A stretch of 64,000 bases of DNA from positions 10,416,001 through 10,480,000 of the forward strand of contig OZ059897.1 of the NCBI GenBank assembly GCA_964057225.1. Direction: 5' to 3'. This document shows, in pieces, positions 24,295 through 33,800 of this stretch. Below the pieces are notes generated by a model. It was not told the DNA's origin. It did not search any database and was given only the letters and a program-made list of their open reading frames with translations. The stretch is from Auanema rhodensis (taxonomy: Eukaryota > Animalia > Nematoda). How positions within the stretch are numbered: position 1 is the first letter of the stretch; every line of letters begins with the position of its first letter. The translations under genes were made by a program, and so were the position numbers.

Positions 24295-26580
24295 TTAAAG
24301 AGGTAGGCATATATGAACATGAACTATATCGCTGCCTACGAAACGGGCTGCAATATCCTCTCTTCCTAAAATAGTCCTCATTGCTATTGTGGGTTCTATG
24401 TGTAAAATAGAACGCCATAGCTCGAGGTATCTATTTTGAATCTCACATATGGATTTATAAGATTCCATAAAATGTTTCTGTAGCTCTTCTTGTATGAGTG
24501 TTGTTATATATTGTAGATGATCTTGAGCTATTCTGCGAGATACGTTGAGGTTGAATTGTATTTCGTTGTTCACTTTTGACGCTGTATACGTTGCCTGAGC
24601 CTGAATTTCTCTGGTTTCTACGGGTGGAGATGATGTTCTTTGTTTCCTTAAGGTTCGTGACGCCGTGTCAGTGACTGTTGCTAGTGTTGTTGGCAAGAGA
24701 GTCGTAGTTATCACGGCTGTTGTCGTGTCAACTGTGGTTGTCGTCGGAATCCGAGTCGTATAGCTTATAGTTGTCTCCTGAACTAGTGAAGCGGGTTTGT
24801 CCATTGTTGTCGTTAATGACAGTCTTCTAGTCAGATAAGGCGGTGTTTCAATATTCTCTAACAGTGGTAAAAATGTTTTTATAAGTAGCTGGCGTGTATC
24901 CGCGCTTGGAGTTTGAATGCGAGGGTGGGGGCCTATCGATATACCGTAGTTAGAATCTTTATCTCGATATAGTTTGTTGGTATCTGGCACATTGATTGTT
25001 AATTGTCGGAACTTTTCATCATCTACGGCTGCTGCTGTTTTATTCGGCCTTATTACTCGCAATGTCATCAAGTTATGGTATAAGTAAAGAGTATTTCTAA
25101 GTACTATACGCTCATCAGCATTGTCAGTTGTTAAAGTTGGTCGGATAGGCGGCATGTTCACAAAGGATTTTAAAACCTCTTGCTTTGATGGTACCGACAG
25201 ATTGTTTTCAAATATTACCGGTGTATAAGCTAGCTCCATCGCTATGCTTTTGGCTCTTTCACGGTAGGATCCGTCCTTTTCTAGTAGTTGTTCGTCAAAT
25301 TCGTGTGATGTTAATCTGTCACCTATCTGTTCTAATAATTGTTTTGAGGTTAAATACCGTATAGCGCCGCGAGTGGTTGCTGCCAGTTCCTTTTGCGCAA
25401 GAAAATAAAGTATTGCTTCCTCAGGGTCGTGTATTTCGTATGTTTGAAGGAAACGTTGTATGGATTTATCAGATACGGGACTTCTTAAGAAGAAATAAAA
25501 CTTCTCGGGATGTGCTGAAACCCAATCAATAATTGAATATGAAGGGTTGACAGCTCGTCTGGCCTTTATAAGCGGTATTATCTGATAAATACCAGGATTA
25601 CTCATCACCGGTCGTAAGAAAGGATAAGGACAAATATTTAATATTAAAGTTTCAAAATCTTCCTGTTTTTGTATCCACTCCTTGTTTAATTCAACCGTGC
25701 ATTCCGCAATTGCTCTTTTATCTCTTTTCGCCGGAAGTTTCTTATATTCTCTCTCTATTAAAACATGGATATTGGTGTCATTTGGGTACTGTGGTAAGAG
25801 AATGTAATTGCCAGTTGTGGTGTGGAAGATTAACTGTTTAAAACAAGAAGATATTTGCTTCGGTATCTCTTTTTGATCTATTACAAGGGCTGATTGAGTG
25901 GTTGGTAACAGAATAATGCCGTCTCCAATTATCGCATCATATTCACTCATGTCGATATATTTGCATCGATATTCATAAGGCTGTTTCTCCCATATGATGA
26001 TTGAGGTATCTGATGCACATTCTCCATGATGCGCTAAGCATCCTTCAGTATTTAGTATTAAATTGGAGATTATAGTTTCATCTGGCATCCGTGTCATAAC
26101 CCCTCTTTCGATAACCAATCTGGCTTTCTCTTTACATAGTTCATTATTAAAAGATCGGCCTGGCGAGAAGGAAGGCTCGTCAGTTGCATATGTTATGCTG
26201 TCGATCTTCTTTAATTCACTCCAATTCCATCTTCTATCTCTCACTGCCAGTCTGCATTCTGCAGCTGGTATCTTTTCAATTCTCACTATCGTTGTATTGG
26301 TATCTCTAAGGAACAAAAGGTCTCTGATACACATTTTATGAATTTCTTTGGAGCATCTCCATGCATCCCATTCATGTGCCGTTTGATTCCTTGTATAAAG
26401 ATGAACTTTTGTTCGTAAGATATGCTTTATTGGTGGTAATAAGCATTTTCGGAGAGATGGGGGACGGAGAAGGGCTCCTCCAGTAGCTTTAGTACATAGC
26501 TGGTATGCTTCAGCTGTTGTAACCAGTGATAAGATTACTGATAAAGCTACGGCTAAAGTCAAAGGAGATATCAGAGTCAA
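23700..26580 (-). other. env: Env domain: class III fusogen (herpes gB / chuvirus G-like) spanning the in-frame stop
   Basis: Signal peptide ~26505-26580, furin site 25714-25728, gB domain III/IV-like motifs (CEIQN..., AARFVG...C.P, CYLETPV), TM ~23705-23785. Confidence 0.8.
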
Positions 26581-28536
26581 ATTATTGACTCTTGAGCCTC
26601 TACCTCTGCCTCTATTGTTGTTATTTCCCCTAAAGGTACTGTTATTTCTCTGTCTATTATTGCTCATTTCTTGATTTTGTGATGCATTGTGGCTTCTTTG
26701 ATACCCATTTTGATTTTGATTCTGATAATTTCGACCGCAGTCACCAAAATTGCGGTTCCTAGCAAATGGGTTTTGGAAATTCCAGCCTTTTTTATTTTTT
26801 GAAAATTTATGATAATTTTGATTGTTTTGAAAGTTTGGATGATAATTGTTATAATTATTATAATTTTGATAATTTTTATTATTAAAAGATTGATAACCTC
26901 TTGCCATACCTCTCCCACCATTGTTTCTGCGTGGGGGGAAAGTTCTTTCAATTGCGTTAACCAATAGCGCCTGAGGGTCTGCTACTTGGTTTGCAATTGA
27001 TTCCACCCAGCGAGCACTATCAACAGCCTCAGCAAAAGTTTTGGGTTTTGCTCGAATTACCCCTGGGCGTATCGTATTTTTCAAGCCTCTCAAAAATGTG
27101 GACCTCAGAATGTGATCTTTAAGAGTATCACTATTAGAGAAAGCATTTAAGCTGAGGTTTCTTAACGTTTGTGCGAAACCATCAATTGATATATCGCCTT
27201 GAGTGCTGTTTTGAAGTGTGATAAGAGCTGGGTCTTGATTGTATTCGGGACACAGCTTGGATGTTAACTCTTCTATTAGGGTAACCCAAGGTCCAGCTGT
27301 TCTGACCTTGTCAGGTAGCTCTAAATAAGCTTCCTCTGCTCTATCATTTTTCAATAGTAATGGTAAAATAGTTAGTCTTTCGGGCATCACTAAGCCTAAG
27401 GCGTTAGAAAAGGTATTAAACTTTGCCACGAAATCTCTAAAGTTACGACTTCCGTCGTATATGGGGCAATAAGGTGAGCTTAATGCGTGCGCAATGGTAG
27501 ATTTACCAGCTCCCGGAAGACGTGGTGTCTCCGTCATGGTTGGTATATTTTCAGGGTATGTGTGAGATGACGTAATCCCTTTACTGCCTGAGCTTCTCGC
27601 CGTTAAATTCTCACCTCCCTTTTTCGAGTTACCAGATGTTGGATAACTAATGGTAGGGGCGGCTGAGGAGAACCGCTTCCCTGGGAGTTTGATAACTCGA
27701 CTCGTTGCCTGAGGCGTCGAATGTATTGAAACGCTTGAGCTGGGTATAGCGCTATCTGACTTATTAAGGGTTGGGTTGGAGGATACGTGAAGAGAGTTAT
27801 CAACTTGTTCTGTTGTTACCTCCCCTGGAGACAAATTCAAAACTTTTATTAAGCGAGCTGTTAAAGATTTCTTACTTTTGAACTTATCAGTAGTTAGTGA
27901 TAAGGGCAAAACTTCGGTAATTTCCTGATTTGGTTCTACGGGATTATTAGAGGTTGAGCGCCTACGCGGTGTATTAGTTTTTCTTTTATTAATCTTTTTA
28001 GAATCAAGCTTTTTCGAATCAAGCTTATCAGTGATAACTGATAAGGGTGATTTGCGAATAGTGAGAGATGAGGTTTTATTAAGTTGTGAGTTTTCTATCG
28101 GAGTGGAAAATGCCTGCGGTGTTAGAGTTAGTTCAAAAGAAGATGCAAGATCGTTATCAGTATTAATTGATAAAGTTGATAAGTTTAGGTGGGGGGTGGC
28201 TGGTGAAGTATTAGAGGTTATTTGTTTTGGTTTTCGAATTTTTTGAATCTTCTTATTACTTTTAAAAGAGTGTACCTTTGGAGTTGAAGCTGAAGTTTGA
28301 ATATTGTAGTCCTGAATATAGAAATCAGGGTCCTCCTCGGTGTTGTCCGGAGGTGAATACGTGCCTTCTCGAGGAATGAAGGTTTTCTCGACTTTGGGTT
28401 TTACCTCTTGTTCAGGCTCTTCAATCTGAACACTGAGGAGTCGAGTGCGGCTTCTGGTTCGACTGGCGACTGCGATGTCGTCAGTGGACTCAGAAGGGTA
28501 TAGAGCAGGGACGGCCGAAGAGTATCTTCGTGCCAC
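24295..28536 (-). CDS. gag-env: Polyprotein, proximal part: S/T/K-rich leader, Gag, signal peptide, gB-like glycoprotein ectodomain
   Basis: Gag capsid-like CPIYDGSRNFRDF...FLRGLKNTIR...PKTFAEAV; N/Q/R/G-rich tail; hydrophobic LTLAVALSVILSLVTTAEA; Cys-rich ectodomain; furin site KRDKR; gB-like CEIQNRYLELW...GREDIAARFVG. Confidence 0.88.
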   Translation of the reverse strand: MARRYSSAVPALYPSESTDDIAVASRTRSRTRLLSVQIEEPEQEVKPKVEKTFIPREGTYSPPDNTEEDPDFYIQDYNIQTSASTPKVHSFKSNKKIQKIRKPKQITSNTSPATPHLNLSTLSINTDNDLASSFELTLTPQAFSTPIENSQLNKTSSLTIRKSPLSVITDKLDSKKLDSKKINKRKTNTPRRRSTSNNPVEPNQEITEVLPLSLTTDKFKSKKSLTARLIKVLNLSPGEVTTEQVDNSLHVSSNPTLNKSDSAIPSSSVSIHSTPQATSRVIKLPGKRFSSAAPTISYPTSGNSKKGGENLTARSSGSKGITSSHTYPENIPTMTETPRLPGAGKSTIAHALSSPYCPIYDGSRNFRDFVAKFNTFSNALGLVMPERLTILPLLLKNDRAEEAYLELPDKVRTAGPWVTLIEELTSKLCPEYNQDPALITLQNSTQGDISIDGFAQTLRNLSLNAFSNSDTLKDHILRSTFLRGLKNTIRPGVIRAKPKTFAEAVDSARWVESIANQVADPQALLVNAIERTFPPRRNNGGRGMARGYQSFNNKNYQNYNNYNNYHPNFQNNQNYHKFSKNKKGWNFQNPFARNRNFGDCGRNYQNQNQNGYQRSHNASQNQEMSNNRQRNNSTFRGNNNNRGRGRGSRVNNLTLISPLTLAVALSVILSLVTTAEAYQLCTKATGGALLRPPSLRKCLLPPIKHILRTKVHLYTRNQTAHEWDAWRCSKEIHKMCIRDLLFLRDTNTTIVRIEKIPAAECRLAVRDRRWNWSELKKIDSITYATDEPSFSPGRSFNNELCKEKARLVIERGVMTRMPDETIISNLILNTEGCLAHHGECASDTSIIIWEKQPYEYRCKYIDMSEYDAIIGDGIILLPTTQSALVIDQKEIPKQISSCFKQLIFHTTTGNYILLPQYPNDTNIHVLIEREYKKLPAKRDKRAIAECTVELNKEWIQKQEDFETLILNICPYPFLRPVMSNPGIYQIIPLIKARRAVNPSYSIIDWVSAHPEKFYFFLRSPVSDKSIQRFLQTYEIHDPEEAILYFLAQKELAATTRGAIRYLTSKQLLEQIGDRLTSHEFDEQLLEKDGSYRERAKSIAMELAYTPVIFENNLSVPSKQEVLKSFVNMPPIRPTLTTDNADERIVLRNTLYLYHNLMTLRVIRPNKTAAAVDDEKFRQLTINVPDTNKLYRDKDSNYGISIGPHPRIQTPSADTRQLLIKTFLPLLENIETPPYLTRRLSLTTTMDKPASLVQETTISYTTRIPTTTTVDTTTAVITTTLLPTTLATVTDTASRTLRKQRTSSPPVETREIQAQATYTASKVNNEIQFNLNVSRRIAQDHLQYITTLIQEELQKHFMESYKSICEIQNRYLELWRSILHIEPTIAMRTILGREDIAARFVGSDIVHVHICLPL

Positions 28537-28946
28537 TTTGGAATCACTCTTGGTTTGGAAAAACCGCGAGTGTTTCGTTATATGGGGGATGTTGACGTTG
28601 AATGAGTGACAAGAAATTCAGGTCGGTTATAGGGAAAAGTAAGAAAAGTTTGAAGATTGAGACGTGGCGTTTTTCGCCGAGAATCGTTATTAGATGAGAA
28701 AGAGTTTTAAAATCTTGGCCTGAGATCTGGCTCCGCCTATCTACCGTATTCTCTTTTCTTTATTCTTTTTTTCACAGATATTCATCAATTATAAATTTTG
28801 TTGGTCTTCGCTCTTTCCAGCCTCAATCTTAATACTTTACTCTAATTGAATTCTTGAAAATATGAGAGAGATTTTCAGTCGTTTTAAGTCCTCTTTTTAT
28901 GCATAAGAATCTTTATATTTGTAGAGCTGAAAAAAAAAATCAAAGA

Positions 28947-29480
28947 ATGGCTTATGAAGGTCTATCGGGAATGACTTTTGTCGTGAGGAAGCTGTACGCT
29001 GACCTCGTCTTGTATGATCAAGACGAAGTGTTAGCTTATAGGCCGCACCCAGACATAATTAAGATGGTTGGTTAAAACAAAGAAACATGTTATGTTAATA
29101 AGAATTTTTAGTTTATAGAGGATTTAAAGATGCATTATCTGGGAAGGGGATTAGTAAACTTCTCCCTAATGCAGGAAATAGCGGATGAGGTTGCAGCTAT
29201 CCGGCGATGGTGCCTCACCGACTTGTGCGCGCATTGGTATGAAAACCCTAATCTAGTCGCATCCCCTTGGAATTGGTATGAGCATAAGTCTCATGATTTT
29301 TATGATTATATGTCTAAAATTTTGTTTAAAATTTATTTGTTTTATGAACAGTCTCCTATGGGCTTATTGCTAAGGACCTCTGCGGATTCAGTGTATTCGC
29401 AGTATTTAGAGCCTAGCGATGAGCCCATCTCACAGCCTATAGAATTTGTGAGACAGTTGCATTTTAAATGGGGCTTTTAA
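28947..29480 (+). CDS. Putative two-exon antisense accessory gene (~162 aa, unknown function) in the Gypsy leader
   Basis: Exon 1 28947-29066 (ATG GCT TAT..., 40 codons); 45-nt intron GTTGGT...TTTTTAG 29067-29111; exon 2 29112-29480 in frame with the 116-aa track ORF; AATAAA at 29497-29502. Confidence 0.65.
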
Positions 29481-29523
29481 CAATTGTTTTATATATAATA
29501 AATACTTAATTTCACTCATTTGT

Positions 29524-29543
29524 TCTCTCTCTCTCTCTCTCTC
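29524..29543 (+). repeat. (TC)n microsatellite
   Basis: Run of about 10 TC units downstream of the antisense gene. Confidence 0.8.
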
Positions 29544-30456
29544 TTTTTCTTTTTCATAACACAAACTTTGGTCGAGCTTATTAATAAAGAAGGAGTGCGT
29601 GCGCCTTGGGAAAATGGCTCATGTGCACGTTGATTATTAAAAGCCGTGGGCGATTCTTTTCCGGAATGATTTTGGCATGCTAATGAGATTCCGAGAATAT
29701 TTAAAAAGATTGCTCATTTTACTAATGGACTGAGACCAAAGCTCGTTTATAAAACGCAATTTTTTTCTTTAAACCATTTTACTAATTTATAGAATATTAC
29801 AATATGAAGACTACGGTAGGTGTGTGGGAATATCTTATGATGTTAGCAACAAAAATGAGCTGAGGAAGGTGACACATTCTACGGAGAAGAAAACATCCGT
29901 AGCCCATGTGCTTTCGCCAAAATGACCTGACAGGCAATAAAATTTGTGCCAGGATTTTTCGGACTAGTGTGGTCTATTCTCACAATCAAAAAAAAAATAA
30001 ATACCGAATAACGGCTCCCGCAAAAATATTTAGTTAGCATGCTCTTTTACGCCTGAATTTAACTTTCAAATCTCTAGTCCTGACCACAATAAAATATTAA
30101 ACTTTGTGCGCTTTCAAAATTTCATTCTAACTCCTCGTTGCCAAATAATAATGAAATCAAAATTTCGTTTGGTGAAATTGTCCCCTATTTCAATCCAAAC
30201 GTCCTCAAAAAAAATGCAAGAGAAGCGGTGCAGGATACGGTATTATAAGGGTGGACACTCAGACGGTTTTATGAGTGGGGACAGCGGGTAAAATTTCAAA
30301 ATTATATAGTCCTAGCTCTCTAAAAGAGAGATCCCTTGTACCTGCACCTTATACAAGTTGGCGCCCTCATTATGTTGCTAACCGTGGAGGAAATTTTAAT
30401 TTAGATATCAAAATATGGACTTTTTATGCGAGTTTTTGCGACAAAAATGAGTTCGA

Positions 30457-30469
30457 GGTGGAACCTCCA
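30457..30469 (-). promoter_or_regulatory. Primer-binding site complementary to the tRNA-Gln 3' end
   Basis: Minus strand TGGAGGTTCCACC abuts the 5' LTR and matches the eukaryotic tRNA-Gln 3' end GGTGGAACCT-CCA. Confidence 0.85.
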
Positions 30470-30835
30470 CGTTCCATTATGCTCCTACGTATATTGAACA
30501 GACCATTGTAGTCTGCTCAACTACGCGTATAGTATTCCATAAGTGTAGCGGTATGGAAACAGAGCATAAGGATTACATAAGATTAGGAAATAAATAGGTT
30601 TATTATACACAATACAATATCATTACAATACAATAACACAAGGATAAAGTAAACTACATTTACAAGACAAAGACTAATATATAAGATTAACTAAGTTAGG
30701 TGCAAACCGTCCATGGGCTTGCGAAGGGGCGAACTCCCGAATAGGGGCATGAGGGAAGGCGGTGCCATTCCTCATTTCTCTAGTCGGTCTGGCTCTAACC
30801 CTGCAGTTACATATATAGGGTCTCCGAATGGAACG
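30470..30835 (-). repeat. Gypsy 5' LTR (366 bp)
   Basis: 9-bp terminal inverted repeat CGTTCCATT/AATGGAACG, bounded by the PBS and the TSD; TATA-like (~30676-30685) and AATAAA (~30599-30604) on the minus strand. Confidence 0.92.
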
Positions 30836-33800
30836 TTCCAACAATTTTCGATTAAATCACGTTCAATTAACTGTATTGTTTTCAAAAATAAAGACAAAAT
30901 TCAATTTCTGTTCATTGAATTAGAATTTTTATGTTGTCACACAGGAAATGAAGAATCTTAGTTCATTTCAGTAACAATGAACACAATAACTTTGTTAAGT
31001 TGTTGTAATATCGGCCCAAGTAGTATAGTGGTTAGTACTCCACGTTGTGGCCGTGGCGACACAGATTCGATTCCTGTCTTGGGCATTTTTTGTTTTGAAA
31101 TTAAAATGCTATAAACATATTGCTTGCTTGTCATGTTAGATTTGTTTAATTCAAATACTTATTTAAGTTCTAACAATTTTCAATTTAATCACGTTCAATT
31201 AACTGTACTGTTTTCAAAAATAAAGAAATCTTTCAATTTCTGGTCATTGAATTAGAATTTTCATGTTGTCACACAGAAATTGAAGAATCTTAGTTCATTT
31301 CAGTAACAATGAACACACTAACTTTGTTAAGTTGTTGTAATATCGGCCCAAGTAGTATAGTGGTTAGTACTCCACGTTGTGGCCGTGGCGACATAGGTTC
31401 GATTCCTGTCTTGGGCATTTTTTGTTTTGAAATTTAAATGCTATAAAAATATTGCTTGCTTGTCATGTTAGATTTGTTTAATTCAAATACTTATTTAAAT
31501 TCCAACAATTTTCGATCAAATCACGTTCATTTAACTGTATTGTTTTCAAAAATAAAGACATCTTTCAATTTCTGGTCATTGAATTAGAATTTTCATGTTG
31601 TCACACAGAAATTGAAGAATCTTAGTTCATTTCAGTAACAATGAACACACTAACTTCGTTAAGTTGTTGTAATATCGGCCCAAGTAGTATAGTGGTTAGT
31701 ACTCCACGTTGTGGCCGTGGCGACACAGATTCGATTCCTGTCTTGGGCATTTTTTGTTTTGAAATTTAAATGCTATGAAATTATTGCTTGCTTGTCATGT
31801 TAGATTTGTTTAATTCAAATACTTATTTAAGTTCTATCAATTTTCGATTTAATCACGTTCAATCAACTGTATTGTTTTCAAAAATAAAGACATCTTTCAA
31901 TTTCTGGTCATTGAATTAGAATTTTCATGTTGTCACACAGAAATTGAAGAATCTTAGTTCATTTCAGTAACAATGAACACACTAACTTTGTTAAGTTGTT
32001 GTAATATCGGCCCAAGTAGTATAGTGGTTAGTACTCCACGTTGTGGCCGTGGCGACACAGGTTCGATTCCTGTCTTGGGCATTTTTTGTTTTGAAATTTA
32101 AATGCTATAAAATTATTGCTTGTTTGTCATGTTAGATTTGTTTAATTCAAATACTTATTTAAGTTCTAACAATTTTTAATTTAATCACGTTCAATTAACT
32201 GTATTGTTTTCAAAAATAAAGACAAAATTCAATTTCTGTTCATTGAATTAGAATTTTCATGTAGTCACACAGAAATTGAAGAATCTTAGTTCAATTCAGT
32301 AACAATGAACACACTAACTTTGTTAAGTTGTTGTAATATCGGCCCAAGTAATATAGTGGTTAGTACTCCACGTTGTGGCCGTGGCGACACAGGTTCGATT
32401 CCTGTCTTGGGCATTTTTTGTTTTGAAATTTAAATGCTATAAAATTATTGCTTGCTTGTCATGTTAGATTTTTTTAATTTGAATACTTATTCAAGTTATA
32501 ACAATTTTCGATTTAATCACGTTCAATCAACTGTATTGTTTTCAAAAATAAAGACATCTTTCAATTTCTGGTCATTGAATTAGAATTTTCATGTTGTCAC
32601 ACAGAAATTGAAGAATCTTAGTTCATTTCAGTAACAATGAACACACTAACTTTGTTAAGTTGTTGTAATATCGGCCCAAGTAATATAGTGGTTAGTACTC
32701 CACGTTGTGGCCGTGGCGACACAGGTTCGATTCCTGTCTTGGGAATTTTTTGTTTTGAAATTAAAATGCTATAAAATTATTGCTTGCTTGTCTTGTTAGA
32801 TTTCTTTAATTTGAATACTTATTCAAGTTATAACATTTTTCGATTTAATCACGTTCAATCAACTGTATTGTTTTCAAAAATAAAGACAAAATTCAATTTC
32901 TGTTCATTGAATTAGAATTTTCATGTTGTCACACAGAAATTGAAGAGTCTTAGTTCGATTCAGTAACAATGAACACACTAACTTTGTTAAGTTGTTGTAA
33001 TATCGGCCCAAGTAATATAGTGGTTAGTACTCCACGTTGTGGCCGTGGCGACACAGATTCGATTCCTGTCTTGGGCATTTTTTGTTTTGAAATTAAAATG
33101 CTACAAAATTATTGCTTGCTTGTCATGTTAGATTTCTTTAATTTGAATACTTATTAAAGTTATAACAATTTTCGATTTAATCACGTTCAATCAACTGTAT
33201 TGTTTTCAAAAAAAAAGACATCTTTCAATTTCTGGTCATTGAATTAGAATTTTCATGTTGTCACACAGAAATTGAAGAATCTTAGTTCATTTCAGTAACA
33301 ATGAACACACTAACTTCGTTAAGTTGTTGTAATATCGGCCCAAGTAGTATAGTGGTTAGTACTCCACGTTGTGGCCGTGGCGACACAGGTTCGATTCCTG
33401 TCTTGGGCATTTTTTGTTTTGAAATTTAAATGCTATAAAATTATTGCTTGCTTGTCATGTTAGATTTGTTTAATTCAAATACTTATTTAAGTTCCAACAT
33501 ATTTCGATCAAATCACGTTCATTTAACTGTATTGTTTTCAAAAATAAAGACATCTTTCAATTTCTGGTCATTGAATTAGAATTTTCATGTTGTCACACAG
33601 AAATTGAAGAATCTTAGTTCATTTCAGTAACAATGAACACACTAACTTCGTTAAGTTGTTGTAATATCGGCTCAAGTAGTATAGTGGTTAGTACTCCACG
33701 TTGTGGCCGTGGCGACACAGATTCGATTCCTGTCTTGGGCATTTTTTGTTTTGAAATTAAAATGCTATAAACATATTGCTTGCTTGTCATGTTAGATTTG

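Larger units (their letters stand above)
19078..30835 (-). mobile_element. Ty3/Gypsy LTR retroelement with a gB-like env located between gag and pol
   Basis: 4-bp TSD TTCC (19074-19077 and 30836-30839) that restores the array spacer AAGTTCCAACAA; related LTRs at both ends; PBS; PPT; PR-RT-RH-IN order with a GPY/F motif. Confidence 0.95.

Noticed and set aside
19078-30835. DIRS/Ngaro-type split or inverted terminal repeats
   Set aside because: The element has a DDE integrase, PBS, PPT and TSD and no tyrosine recombinase; the short left repeat is a deleted LTR.
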